Position numbers and translations under genes: made by a program
Notes under the pieces: generated by a model
What the model saw: only the letters and a program-made list of their open reading frames with translations
Databases searched by the model: none
What the model was told of the DNA's origin: nothing
Assembly: GCA_036172245.1 (NCBI GenBank)
Contig: JAYWIR010000032.1
Span: forward strand, 930,001 to 994,000
DNA length: 64,000 nucleotides
Direction: 5' to 3'
From: Raillietiella orientalis
Lineage: Eukaryota
Shown: positions 1-11,430 of the stretch, in pieces
Layout of the letters: each line of letters opens with the position of its first letter
How positions within the stretch are numbered: position 1 is the stretch's first letter

Positions 1-470
1 CAGCGATGAGGACGGCCGGTGCTGGTGGCGAAGTGGTTCGGTCGCCATTCGATCCCGTGGTGCGGCGACCAGCTGCTTCGCTGGATGAGATTCGCCGCCG
101 TCGCATCTTCTGGTCACGGCAAGAAACCGCCGAACGCGCAAGTCTGCTTCCTCTAGAAACCCAGAGTTAGGAGTGGACCATGCGTATGCATTGACGGAAG
201 AAGGACTTCACCATCCCCTTCATGACCTTCGATGGTGCGCATGCTCAAGTTCGGTGCACGCCTGTCCTTCCGCGCGTGGCTTGCACCGTCCGCTCATCCC
301 GCGGGACGCTTGCCGGCAGCTGCGCATCCCTGCCGGTGATACAATACGGGTCTCGGTTTCGCCGGACGTGGGCGGCGGGGGACCCCACATTTCCAGCCTC
401 CTGACGGACAAGAGCAACGCCGGCTCTGGATGAACCCTTGTAGGTTCACCTCTGGTGGCAGATTGCGTGC
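1..470 (+). mobile_element. Possible Tx1 ORF1 relic
   Basis: MRMH*RKKDFTIPFMTFDG..C followed by eroded zinc-knuckle-like spacing. Confidence 0.3.
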
Positions 471-892
471 GTTCAGAGGAGCGCAAATCGCCGAGCCACG
501 GGACCGCATCACCTCATCGCCAGCACCGCCAACAGCGACGGCATTTGCCACGAGCACCGCATCAGTGCCACCATTGAATCACCATCATTGATGCGTTGAT
601 GGCGGTGGCGGTGACCACAGAAGGTCTGTGCCTCCCGATGCTGGCTAGTCAACGGGAACCTACGGTCTCCGGAGCGCGCAAGCACCATACCGGTTCCACG
701 CTCGAAACCTGCGAAGCAGCCTGCGGGAGGAGATGAACAAACTGAAGACCCTCGAGGGTCGTATATTCTCGGAGTTGGCTCTTTGATGCGTTTCTTTTAA
801 AGGCCAGTAGCAGCCTTGCGGGAAAATCGTTGCCCCCGGGATGGTGCAGATCTTTTCGGATTCTCCTGCTTTTGCTGGTTTCCTCCCAGCTG

Positions 893-1575
893 TTTTTTTT
901 TTTTTCAAGGAAGGGGGGAGGTTCCCGGGGAATGCTGAAGAATGCCCAGGCGAGCACTTCCCGCCCCCCCAGGGGGAGGGAAACTCGCGGAGCTCTTTAC
1001 CACTGTCCACGAAGGCGCTTGTGATTCTTTAGGTCGGAGGGTGACCCCGTAGGGACCATCTTATGGATCTAGGAAGGTTTCCGAAAAAGGAGTCCCTCTT
1101 CTCTTGCGCTTCGGAGAGAAACCACGCCCTTATTCTCTCCAAATGAGTCCCCATAGGGAGCAGCGCTCTTCTCCACACTTCTGGAGAGGTATTGGTCCAC
1201 TAGCTTTATGGTGCGACTTGGAGAGCCCCCTCCGAGGAGGAAGACGGCTCCATCTTCACAACCGGAGGGGTTCCTTGATTCCTGGAAGAATCCCGGAAGG
1301 TCAACTTCCAATCCCGGCCATGTTCTATGGTGGCATCCGGTTTTCACCAGTGTTGCATCTGAAACCTACAGACCAACCAGCGCCATCTTGCTGGAAGAGA
1401 CTCGAAACCCAGACGCATCTTCCGTTCTGGGAGTCGGCCCTTCTCCGGACGGGATTCGAACCCGCGACGCTAGGTTGCTTGGCTGCAGGCGTTGATTTTT
1501 TGAGGGTATTCGAACCGGCGGTGCCAGGTGCTGCGCGCGGCGGCCGTAACCACACGGCCACCAGCGCAGGCACAC
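893..1575 (-). mobile_element. tRNA-headed SINE copy with duplicated head
   Basis: A box TGGCCGTGTGG, two B boxes (GGTTCGAATAC, GGTTCGAATCC), shared family body, poly(A) at 893-905. Confidence 0.8.
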
Positions 1576-2299
1576 GGAGCCACTCGCCTGGAGGTTTCCC
1601 GCCAGGGACTCTGGCAATCTTCGTCCTGACACAGCATCCGGCTTATGACCTCTAGGACGCCACCTCTCAGGCGCATCTCAGGCGCGAGAACGCGATTGCG
1701 CCACAGAATGCCCATGCGGGCAGCTCCCGGCCAACAACAGGATGAACCGGAGTGTTCCCTGAGCTGAGGAGCTCCGGAAATCCGTGCATCCCCCTCCCCT
1801 TGCCTTCGTGGTCGTCCCGAGCTTCGCCTCGATTCCTGCCAAGCGAACGCGCACTCCGGAAGCCTTCACGACCATCGCGCACGAGGCCGAGCATCTGCAC
1901 CGTCCCGAATTAATCCCTCCACAATGGGGGAAAGTCGATTTGGCCGGGTTGGCGGCAGCTGGAAACCCGGGAGAGGCCAGGCGGAACGGCCTGGAGTGTT
2001 CTCGGATCGACAGCATCCTTCAGAATTTCTTCTGCCTGGCTGCAGGCTGCGAGGTCGCCGTTCCTCGCGCGCGCGCGCATGCGCCGCAGTGCCGGCCCGG
2101 AACTGCCGCTCTTGTGCGGTGGCGGCAGCACCGCGACGTGGATTCCGATAGCTGCAGATTCCTTTCAATCGACCCGAAGTTTCCTCCCACGACGGCGACT
2201 GCGGTGGTGGTTTCTCCTCCGGTGGGTACCCTTTGAGTCTTCGGGAGGACCAGCCGAGGCCGGGATGCCGAAGCGCTGCAGAGGCTCGCCCGCATGACG

Positions 2300-3300
2300 T
2301 CATCGGAGGTCCTCGAGAACGAGTTGTTTCGGCAGGAAAAGCAGCTTCGTCCCGCCGACTCGGAGGGAAGGAGGACTCCGGGAGAAGTCGCCTTCGTCGC
2401 CAGCACGACCTCCCCGCTCCTGTCCGTGCAAGTGGACCTCCCCCCTTGCATCCCAGTGAGAGCGTCCCGGACTTGGCTGCGGGTCTCGTCTGAGTGCACC
2501 TCGCCCATCGCATCCCCGGGACAGCGTCTGAGGAGTCGCGGTGCCCCACGAGCCCCAGTGGTCTCATTTCAGAAGCCTCTCCAAACCAGCGCGCTCCTCT
2601 CTCTCTCACAGGAACAGGCTTCAGCCGAGGAGCTTTCCCATCCCACCCCCCTTGCTCTCTCGAACAGATGCGCACTCAATACAAAAGCTGGAAGCTGACC
2701 TTACTTTCTTCGAGTTCCGCGGGCAAGTTCACGATCCCTGGTTCCACGACCTCTATGATCTCGGAAGTGACCTTCTCCGGTGGTCGTGTGGGTTCCAGAG
2801 CTGAAAATTTCAGGCTTATTCCCGTCGAGAGAGGGATGGGAAGGGTGGGAAGAGGTGCTCCGAATGCGGGATGGTTGTCAGATGACCAGGAGGGGGTGGA
2901 GAAGCATGGTCAGACCTCTTCTGCGTGGACCGCAGATCGCTGACTTACGCACTTCCCGATCGGTCAGCTGGATGGCAGGTGGGCTCCCGGAATAAACTCT
3001 CAAGCTCAGGTTGACCAGCAAGATCCCGTCCTCTCCTGCGCCACGACGACCAGTTCATCTCCTTTTCATCCCCTTCTTCCTCCCGTTTACCGGAACAGCT
3101 GTAGCTTCCGTTGCCATCCGCAGCCACCTTCACCAGGAGGATGCTGTTGTTTGTGTCCATCTTCACCTTCCTCGATGGATGCAACGGAAAGCCGTCCTTC
3201 TTCCAGAGGATCTTCTTACTGGAAGAGATCGCAACATCCTTCGCCGGAGCTTGGCAAAGACGCCGCGGCCCACCTCAGTTCTTTTCTAGGGGCGATTGCG
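2300..3300 (-). mobile_element. Tx1/L1-clade ORF1 relic
   Basis: IVNLPAELEESKV, then VPGMRWARCTQ..CKGGGPLAR (eroded CCHC knuckles). Confidence 0.45.
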
Positions 3301-3479
3301 GACTCGATTCCCCGGGTAAAAAGCAGAGAACAGCGTCAAGGGAAGAAGAAGGGGAGGGGGGATAACAGGCGGACCGACGTCACTCTGCGAGGACGATCGT
3401 TTCTAATAGAAGTCTTCGTGGACTGCACATGCTGCAAAGGCATCCATGAAGACGCCCCCGCTAACGGAAACTCTGCGGA

Positions 3480-3710
3480 CTTGCCGGAAAGGCGAGGCAA
3501 AAGGAGAAAGGAGGCTGCAGCCCTTCCCTCGGGGTATGAAAGGCAGAAAGAAAGACCACACAGAGGGTGCGAAAGGCGAGGGAAAGGGTTGCCTTTCGTA
3601 CTACGAGAGAAAGGCTACAGAACGACTCTTTCCTCGAGTTGCGAGAGGCGAAAGGAAGGACTATCCTGCAGCACTTCCCTCGTGGTATGAAAGGCAGAAG
3701 CCCCCACGGG
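3480..3710. repeat. Degenerate tandem repeat (AAAGGC-anchored, 33-50 bp units)
   Basis: CAGC.CTTCCCTCG.GGTATGAAAGGCAGAA occurs twice, with related units between. Confidence 0.6.
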
Positions 3711-3799
3711 AGCTTCTTTTGCAGAACCGCGGACCGAGAAGTGTCCAGGTCCAGCGCGCCCCCTCAAGTTGAATAGCTCGCCGCAGTCCCGAAGGGAAG

Positions 3800-4600
3800 A
3801 AGGGCTGCTGCAAGGACCGAGCCGCAGGCAGAGGTTCGCAAGCGGCACGGCCGCGGAGGGATGTGAGAAAAGATGGAGTCTCTGAGAACGGGGATGCCGG
3901 CTAAAGTAGCGCCGATGGGGACACGGGACGCGACACTGAGGAGAAGTGAAAGTTGGACTGGAGGTTGCGTGAAGCTCTCGGAAGCAGTTCTTCGGAAGGG
4001 AGGAATCTGTTGCCTGGGGTGGAGATGCCAGCAGGGGGAAAGAGCGGCACTTGGCTGTCGCCCTGCAGCTGATGCAATCCATGTATCTTCGGGAACGAGA
4101 AGCCGGAATGCAATCCTCCCTGGCATCGAGAGCTGAAGAACTCACATCTTGAGCGGACGGCCTCTCTGCATGTCCATCATACTGGGGAGGCCCCTCGCCT
4201 ACCAACTGGAGGGGACAGTGGAAGGTTCTCGAGCGAAGGGCATCCCAGACGGAAAAACGGAAGAGGCAGGTCATCCCTCTCGTGGGAAGAGCAGGGGAAA
4301 AAAGAACGACGAAACGGAGAGACCGCCCGCCTACCCATCCCAATGACTGGACAAGGAACCGGGATCAGTTCGGGTGAGCGGACGCGTCCCAGCTGCATGA
4401 TGATCGCCTGCCACTCGATCCTCACAGCAGCACGGACTGCGGACCCGAACCTGAAAGCTCGTGCCTCCCCACTCCCTGGATCGCAGTCCAGGGAGGGCTC
4501 CATACCAACACTCCCTCGGGAGGTGAGAAGGCCCGGTCCGCGCTCCCCCGCTCATTCCGTGGATACATGTCTTGGTCGCGGAAGCGGTCGTTCGCAACTG
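3800..4600 (-). mobile_element. Non-LTR RT relic
   Basis: GLHQLQGDSQVPLF resembles the RT motif G.RQGDPLSPLLF. Confidence 0.45.
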
Positions 4601-4648
4601 AAAAGCAGCCAAAAGGAAAAAAGGTTGTTGAGCTCTGAAATCCCTATT

Positions 4649-5320
4649 GTTTTTTTTTTTCGGGGGAAGGGAGGTTTGCCAAGTGCTGAATAACCGTTCT
4701 TCTTCCTAGTGTGGGCTCAAGAAGCTCTTTGACGCTATCCACGCCACCAGAGGGTACGTGTGGTATTCAGGATAGGGGTTAGCATGTAGGGACCACCCTA
4801 TGAATCCAGAAGGGCTTCGGAGGGAGTATTTCGTTCTCCTCACACTTGGTAGGGAACCCCGAAAGGAACCTCTTCCGTATTCTCTCCGGAGGGACTTCCC
4901 AGAGGGGGGAGCACTCCTCGTTCTTTCTCTGAAGGGAACCCGGAAAGGATCCTCTCCTGGAATTTCTTCTCCAGTAGGAGCCCACAAGGGAACCGCTCCT
5001 TGTTTGCTCTTCAGAAGAGAACCATGAAGAGACCCCAAGGGGCGGCGCCTCCCTATAGAGAGTAGTGCGCTTCTGACACTCTGAATTTTCGCAGACGGAG
5101 GGAGTGCCCGTGGCTCATCGATTCCCGTGACGACAGCAAAGAGTCGAATTCCAATCCCGGCCAGCTCACGAGGTCATCCAGCTGCCGCCACTGCCTCAAC
5201 CGAAGCCTGTAGGCCAGCCACCTGGGGGGGTGTTCGAAACCCACGGCGCACCCTTCTCTCTGGAGTCGATTGTTCCCCAGGCAGGATTCAAACCCGCAAC
5301 CCTTGGTACTACGTACGGGA
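4649..5320 (-). mobile_element. SINE copy
   Basis: Same body and tail; poly(A) near 4650; degenerate B box near 5285. Confidence 0.78.
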
Positions 5321-5399
5321 ACCTCATATTGTCTTTAGCCCTCTTCAGTCCGTGAGGGTGAGGAAGGGCAAGGAGACTTCAGGTTCTGCTTGCTGTTCC

Positions 5400-5900
5400 T
5401 AGCTGTGGGGTGCGAGCGGACGCCGCGATCGCTTTGCCGGGACCATCTGACTCCATAAAGACACCGCAGGAGGGAGCGACACTAGGAAACAGGGATTCGG
5501 AGGGGCATCAGGGCGAAGATTGCCTTGAGGAATCCCGGCAAGGGCACAGATCCCGCCTCGGTCACTGCGGACTTCGGAAACCGGTCCCTCGCCAATTCTT
5601 GACCGCAGGACCACGCGCATGGAGCTACTCCAGACAAGAGGTGCTTCAGAAGAAACGTAGGCGCTCAGGGGGGGGGGGGGATCCTCACTCCCGAAAGGAG
5701 CAGAGGACACAGCTTCGGAACGCGGGGCACAGCGGACCGATGGACCCCGTGCAGCAGAATGCTGCTCAAAGACGACCTAAGGAGGACTCCCCTCGATGCG
5801 CATCCGGGCTCAGCGAAGGAACTCTTTACATCGTCGCATGGCAGCGAGCGACCGCGCAAGGAAGAGAGGGTTGGAAGAAAGACAGGGGAGCAGATGGGCT
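5400..5900 (+). mobile_element. Non-LTR RT relic
   Basis: LPGPSD and IALRNPGKGTDPAS..SLANS resemble PGPDG and LIPKKG.DP..RPISL.N. Confidence 0.45.
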
Positions 5901-6009
5901 TAATCTCGACTAGGATGGCCGGACAGGGAGGAAGCCATCTCGGCAAAGTGGAGCGGACACTCAGCCGCAGGCTCGCGGAGTCGCCGCGCCACGCAGTCTC
6001 AGGGAAATC

Positions 6010-6600
6010 GCCTCGCCGAGTGCTGAAGAACCGTCTGCCTCCTTACGGGGAGATGACGAAGCTCTTTGACGTTGTTTGCGCCACCCGGGGGTGTGTGTCA
6101 ACCCCTCAAGATAGAGGGTAACCCCTTAAAGACTACCTCATGAATCCAGGAAGGCTCCGGAGGAAGAAGTCCCTCTCCTCTCACGCTTGGGAGGGAACCC
6201 TCTTCCTTATCCTCTCCGGATGGGCCCCTGTAGTTGGGGGACCCACTCCTCGTTCCTTCTCCGATGCGAACCCCGAAGGGACGCTCCCGAACTTCCCCGA
6301 ACAGAGCAGTGCTCTTCTTGCACTCATGGGAGGCAACGACCCGAGGGGGTAACAACCAGCTCCATGGTTCGGCTCCACCTTCACAACCGGAAGCGAAACC
6401 CCAAGGGGGATCGGCTCTTCCTGATTCCTGTAAAGGTCCCGGAAGGTCGAAGAGGTCAATCAGGTGCGGCACCCGAATGTGCCAACCAGCGTCATCTTGC
6501 GGAGGGCACTCGAAACCCGCGACGCATCATCCCGTTTCTCGACGTTGACCCTTCCCCGGGCGGGATTCGAACCCGGCAACGCTAGGTGCGCCGACCCTAA
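6010..6600 (-). mobile_element. SINE copy
   Basis: Tail motif GTGCTGAAGAACCG..CCTCCTTACGGG on the plus strand; B box near 6565. Confidence 0.8.
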
Positions 6601-6719
6601 ACGCGTGCTTCCAGGAACGCCGAAACCGTGGCAACTGGAAGAGTTTCCTCTCCGGGAAGGGAGAGAGGGAGGGAGGGATGAAGAGGTCTGCCTCAGAGGG
6701 CTGTGAGCTCTATGCTCAC

Positions 6720-7450
6720 TCGCGCGCGAGTCGGAAGTGGAGAGGCGTTCTCAATTGGGTGTCAGAGGGGCCTAGCGCAGGTCGAATCCCCGGGAGGTCC
6801 AGCGGCGGGCGCCGAGCAGGAAGAGGGAGGGGGAGGAGGGGGGGAACGAGGTAGGGAAGGACAAACCGAGGCCACGGGAAGGTTCGGAGGACGAGGCAGA
6901 ACGCCCGCGACCTCCCCCCTCCAGGGAACGTCGACCAGGGACTGCGGACCGACTTGTGCTTCCGCGCGCGCGAGAGAGGGGGGGTCTTGGTGGCAGGTTG
7001 ACCCACCTGTGGTTCCTCGGGCACTTCATCCGGACCGATACCCCTTCGCGAACGAGCAGCCAGGAGCCGTTCCCGGACCCGGAGACGGTGATCGCTTCCA
7101 GCCTCATGGAACCGGAGTCTCCGTTGACCAGCTGGACCAGCTGGTGGGAAGCGGCCACCGGTGGCCTGCGCCTCGGGCCGCCGCTGCGCCGGCAGGCCTT
7201 CCGTTGCGCCGGCCTCGGCAGGGGGCACAGGGAGTCGTCCACTTGGATCGCCCTGCCGCTCGCCAGAACCTGCTGGCACGAGACGCGCCTCCTGCTCGCC
7301 CTCTGCCGCGTCCTGGTGGCGCACTGCAACAGAGGTGGAGGAGTGCGGGAGAGACGCCTTGGGGTTTATCCCTCCCGTTCGACGACGCCCGGCACCTTCG
7401 CGCGCGAGAGAGGGAAGAGATACGCTCCGACGGAAGGGAGGACCCTTCGA
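6720..7450 (+). mobile_element. Tx1 ORF2 post-RT relic
   Basis: LPRARERGGLG resembles the L1/Tx1 LP...GGLG motif. Confidence 0.45.
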
Positions 7451-7923
7451 GGGCGCCGCGTTAAAGGCGCCGCGGACCGCACCATGGAGAGCGTGAAAAA
7501 TATTATAATTATTTTTGCCCCGGAGCAACACTGCGGCAAAGTCAGAGAAGACGCCTCTGATTGCGGCGAAGATTTCGGGCTGCTTCCCCGAGACGAAGCT
7601 GTGAGGAGGGAGAACGGCCGCCGGAGGGAAGCACCGCCAGCCGGCCGGCACCTCAGTAGCGGAGGGGTAGAGCGATGCCCCGGGGCGTGCTCAGAGGATG
7701 GTTTTTTGCGTCGCGAATCGTCTCTTCAGGGATCTTCAAATGCCGCCGCTTCCCGGCGGAAGGCCCCGGGGGACGGACCGGAGCAGGTCCTGAAGGCGTC
7801 GGAAACGCAGCCTGGGACGCCAGCAGTGAGGGATTTCCGGCCGCGGGGAGGGGGGGGGGAGGGCGTGCGGGCAGCGCGAGGGCATCCCGGAACGCAAGCG
7901 GTCCCTCCCTCCGACCAGCCTAC

Positions 7924-8094
7924 CGTTTTCCAGGCCCCCACAGACCATCCAGGGGGGCAGTCCACCGCGTTGCAGGTCCGCTCGGAGGCAGGGACAGGGA
8001 GCGGGCATTCCCGCTCGGGCAGAACCATCGTCTTCCTGGCGACATCCTCGGCGACGCAGGAGACATTCCTGCTCTGTATGCCTCCACCGCATTC
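7924..8094 (-). CDS. madd-4: ADAMTS-like gene, last TSR exon identified (3' exons not found)
   Basis: ECGGGIQSRNVSCVAED..CPLPVPASERTCNAVDCPPGWSVGAWKT; follows a 55-nt intron; gtagg donor; no stop codon. Confidence 0.92.
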
Positions 8095-8149
8095 CTATGA
8101 GGAAGAGGGAGAAAGGCTCGTCCCCCCCCCCCCGTCGGGGCCCCGTTAC

Positions 8150-8618
8150 CTTGGTGCACGAGGAGTAGCTGGACGCGCTCCACGCAGGCGGGCAAGGGTG
8201 GTTGTTGCAGATCCTGGTCTTCGGCTGCGGTTTCGGAGACTTCTGGCAACGGGACGGCTCGACCTGCTGCTGCGTCCTCTCGTTGACGCACTGCGGAGCG
8301 GCCTCCTGGACGCCACCCCGGCAGGAGGCGCTGCAGGGACCGAAGTTGCCCGCCCGCCAGGAGAAGGCGTCGGTGAAGTCGGGCAGCGTGTTCAGCATGT
8401 ACAGCTTCTCGGCGACGGAGGCAGGGCTCATGGCCGCCCCGGGCCGGTCCTTCAGGCTACCGTAGACGGCGTCATCGTAGTCCTCCTCTTCTTGCTGCTC
8501 CAGGGCGTAGTCCGCGGAGAGATCCCCCGGGACCAGCCCGCTCCGCGCGCTCAGCGGCGGCGGCGGCGGCGCGTCCGGCTGCCCTCGTTGGCCTCCTCCG
8601 CCGCCTCTTTCCAGTGAC
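8150..8618 (-). CDS. madd-4: ADAMTS-like gene, linker plus TSR exon
   Basis: After a 56-nt intron: Gly/Pro/acidic linker, then FSWRAGNFGPCSASCRGGVQE..CNNHPCPPAWSASSYSSCTK; gtaac donor. Confidence 0.88.
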
Positions 8619-8674
8619 CTATGGGGGGAGCACCCGGGGTCGCGACCCGCTCGCATGCCGCCTCTGCTACCCAC

Positions 8675-8875
8675 ATGCGGAGGGGATCGGCCGCTGGGCG
8701 GCAGGGGGGCCTCGAGCACGTCTCCACCTTGCCCGGGGGCGTCGAAGAGCACTCCTCGTCGGGGAGGACGGCGTCCATCCCGGAGAACTCCAGGTGGATG
8801 CGGCAGGTGACCTCGCGCTTCCGAATGCCGATCCCGCAGGTCGCCGAGCAGGCACCCCAGGGTCCGACCTCGAAC
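8675..8875 (-). CDS. madd-4: ADAMTS-like gene, TSR exon
   Basis: FEVGPWGACSATCGIGIRKREVTCRIHLEFS..LPDEECSSTPP..CSRPPC; phase 2-2. Confidence 0.92.
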
Positions 8876-8979
8876 CTGCGGAAGGGCGGGAGGAAGAATA
8901 GGAAGGAATGGGTCCCTCCTTCCCTTCCTCCGGGGCAGCGGAGGAGGAGGAAGAGGGAGAAACGGCAACGAGCGCTCAC

Positions 8980-9182
8980 ATGGGTTCGGACGCCGGAGGG
9001 ACGCCGGCGACGAACCTCCTGGAGAAGGCCTCTCCCGGTCCTCTGTGGAGGGTGCAGGGCGGTCCCGTGCAGCGAGCCGAGTCCGCGGGCCGCGTTCCAG
9101 AGTCGCAGCCGAAGGTCCCATTCCATGAGCCGTGGCAGGTCACCAGCCGCCTCCTGGTGCCCTCGCCGCAACCGGGGAAGCA
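8980..9182 (-). CDS. madd-4: ADAMTS-like gene, TSR exon
   Basis: CFPGCGEGTRRRLVTCHG..CDSGTRPADSARCTGPPC..; follows a 65-nt intron; phase 0-2. Confidence 0.9.
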
Positions 9183-9247
9183 CTGGAAAAGAAGCCAGGA
9201 TGCAGTCCGCTCCCGCAGGAAGGAGGTGGGAGAAAAGGGGACCGCAC

Positions 9248-9443
9248 CTCGCTCCAAGGGCCAGCCTTCCAGAAGGGGCAGGGGTGCGCGTTGCACGGCT
9301 CTGCATCCGGGGGCCGGGCCTCCGGGCATAGTGAGGGATGCGCCTTCCTGGAGCCAGCGGCATCCGCAGCGCACCAGACGACCCGGTAGCGCGTCCCGGC
9401 CCCGCACCGCCGGGAGCACTCGCTCCACCTCTCGGCGATCCAT
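9248..9443 (-). CDS. madd-4: ADAMTS-like gene, TSR exon
   Basis: WIAERWSECSRRCGAGTRYRVVWC..CNAHPCPFWKAGPWSE; AG/GT; phase 2-0. Confidence 0.93.
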
Positions 9444-9550
9444 CTGCAAGGGAGGGCTGCGGGCAAGAAGGCGGGAGGGAGGGTAGGAAGGGCCGCCGGC
9501 AGGCGATCGCAGAGGAGGAGGGGGAAGGTGGGACTGCACGCTCTACTCAC

Positions 9551-9683
9551 GTCCCGCTGCAAGGCTTCCGCAAGCACTTTCTGGTCTTCCCCGCGGGCTT
9601 CGCCCGAGGATCACAGAGGTCCGCGGACGCCGCCGAGCGGCCGCTTCCCAGGTTCACGCACGCGGGCCGCAGCACCTCCGTAC
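9551..9683 (-). CDS. madd-4: ADAMTS-like gene, TSR exon
   Basis: (G)TEVLRPACVNLGSG..LCDPRAKPAGKTRKCLRKPCSG; phase 1-2 matches both neighbours. Confidence 0.9.
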
Positions 9684-9699
9684 CTGGAGAAACACCACA

Positions 9700-10035
9700 G
9701 AGGTGCGGAAACCGGAGACGTGCGTTTCTCATGGAAGCCAAGGAGGTTCCGGTCTCCATGGAAACCGCGGATGCAAGGGTGGGGTAGGGGGCGAGTGGTG
9801 AAGGTGGTTTCCCCCATGGAAATCAAGGAGACTCCGGTCTCCGCGGAAACCGGACGGACTGCGCTCTCCGTCGACACCAGAAGGGCGCGGCCGCGAAGAC
9901 CGAATAAGTTTGCAATCTCCGTGGGAATTAAAAGAAGGTACTCTAGGAGTCAGAGGATGGCGACCGCGGAAACCGAAGAGATTGCAGCGGTTGCCACGGA
10001 AACGGGAAGTAGGTCGACGTGGAAGCCGGAGAGGA
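9700..10035. repeat. Degenerate ~25-bp minisatellite (CC(A/G)(T/C)GGAAACC core)
   Basis: Roughly ten recurrences of the core motif in the intron next to the 9683 acceptor. Confidence 0.7.
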
Positions 10036-10829
10036 CCGTGCCGACCGGGCAAGCGAGCCGGGTCCGGGGGCAGGGGGCTCTCGAGCGTTCGCCGCTGTCC
10101 CCTTGTTGCAGCCCGCGCCCGCAGGTACCCCTTCCACAAGGTCGCCGACCGCACTGGTCGCTCCGCGGACGGGTTCGTCGGCAGGTAATTGTCCTGCTCC
10201 CCCACCCCCTCATTCCCTTTTCGTCCGTCTCTCCGGGGGCGGGGAGAGACGGAGTCCCCTGCCCGGAGGAGTCTACCTCGCACGGACTCGCCGCTCCGCA
10301 GCGCCGGCCGACCGGCGTCGCGCGTGGGCGCACCGGAGGCGTCCCCGGGGCGCGCGCGTGGCGAGGGGCCGAACCGAACTAGGAGCGCACCTCACCCCCG
10401 TCGCTTCGGCAAAGTGGGGAGGGTCCCCGTTCGCGGGCGCCTCCTCCGGGTTTTCCAGCCTTCCCCCTAGAAGCGCTCCCCCTCTCGGCTCTTTTTGCTG
10501 GGACGTGCGTCTGGCGGGGTCGAACCTCACGCTACCCTCTCCGCTGCCGATCCCTCATTGTTTCCTCGCCGTTTCGGGAACGGGAAAATGGGGGGTGCCT
10601 TGGACGACCTGCACGGGGGCGGCAGCAAGAGGATGAAGGAGGCTCGGAGCAGTGGGCAGTTCCAAAGGCTTCTCTGAATTCTTCATCTGCGTCGTCAGAG
10701 GCTTCTTGGCAACACCATTCCTCCCGATCCTCTCCCCCCTTCGGTTTCTCCAGGAGCCTCTGGGAACCATCCAAAGCGAGGAGAACGGAGCCCCCGAGCT
10801 CACTGTCGATATCGGTGGGTCCTTAAGCA

Positions 10830-11430
10830 CGTTGTCTTTCTCTTCCTCACCTCCTGCATCCCCGCCCTCACGCTTGACACCTTCGTCGTCATCCTTCTCC
10901 TCTTCTTCATCGTCATCGTTAGCGCCGTCTCCATTTTCTTATGCATCTCTGTCGTCATTGCCATCATGTTCATCATCCACCGTTCTTCACTTCTTGTTTC
11001 TCCTGTTTTCCTTTGTTCTCCTCACCGTCTCTACCATCATACTCTTCCGTGTCCACCTCTCCTCTTCATCTTCCTCCTCTTCATCATCGTTTTCTCCCTC
11101 CTCCTCCCTTCTCTTCATGTTTATCATTATCATCTTTTCTTCCTCATCATTTCCCTCCTCCTCCTTCTCCTCCTCTTCTTCATGTTTATCAACTTCCTCT
11201 TCTCACCTTCATCATCATCGCCTCCTTCCCCTTCATCATTTTCATCTTCATCCTCATCATGTTTACCGTCATCTTTTTCCTTTCCCCTCCTCTTCAGCAT
11301 AATTTTCCCCGTCTTCCTCCTCTCTATCATCGTCTTCTTTCTCCTTTTCATCTTCATCGTCATCACGCCTATCGCTGCTTTTATCCTTCTGCACTTCATC
11401 TCCTTCATGGTCACCTTCATCCTGACTGAC
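10830..11430. repeat. Pyrimidine-rich (CTT/CCT/CAT)n low-complexity tract
   Basis: Seen directly. Similar tracts at 12600-12930, 25800-26100, 27320-27540, 28250-28400 and 30820-31050. Confidence 0.9.

Noticed and set aside
3480..3710. CRISPR-like repeat-spacer array
   Set aside because: Units are degenerate and irregular, the context is eukaryotic, and there are no cas genes.
6956..8617. 553-aa plus-strand ORF
   Set aside because: Composite of a Tx1 relic and the antisense of real minus-strand exons; open because of high GC.
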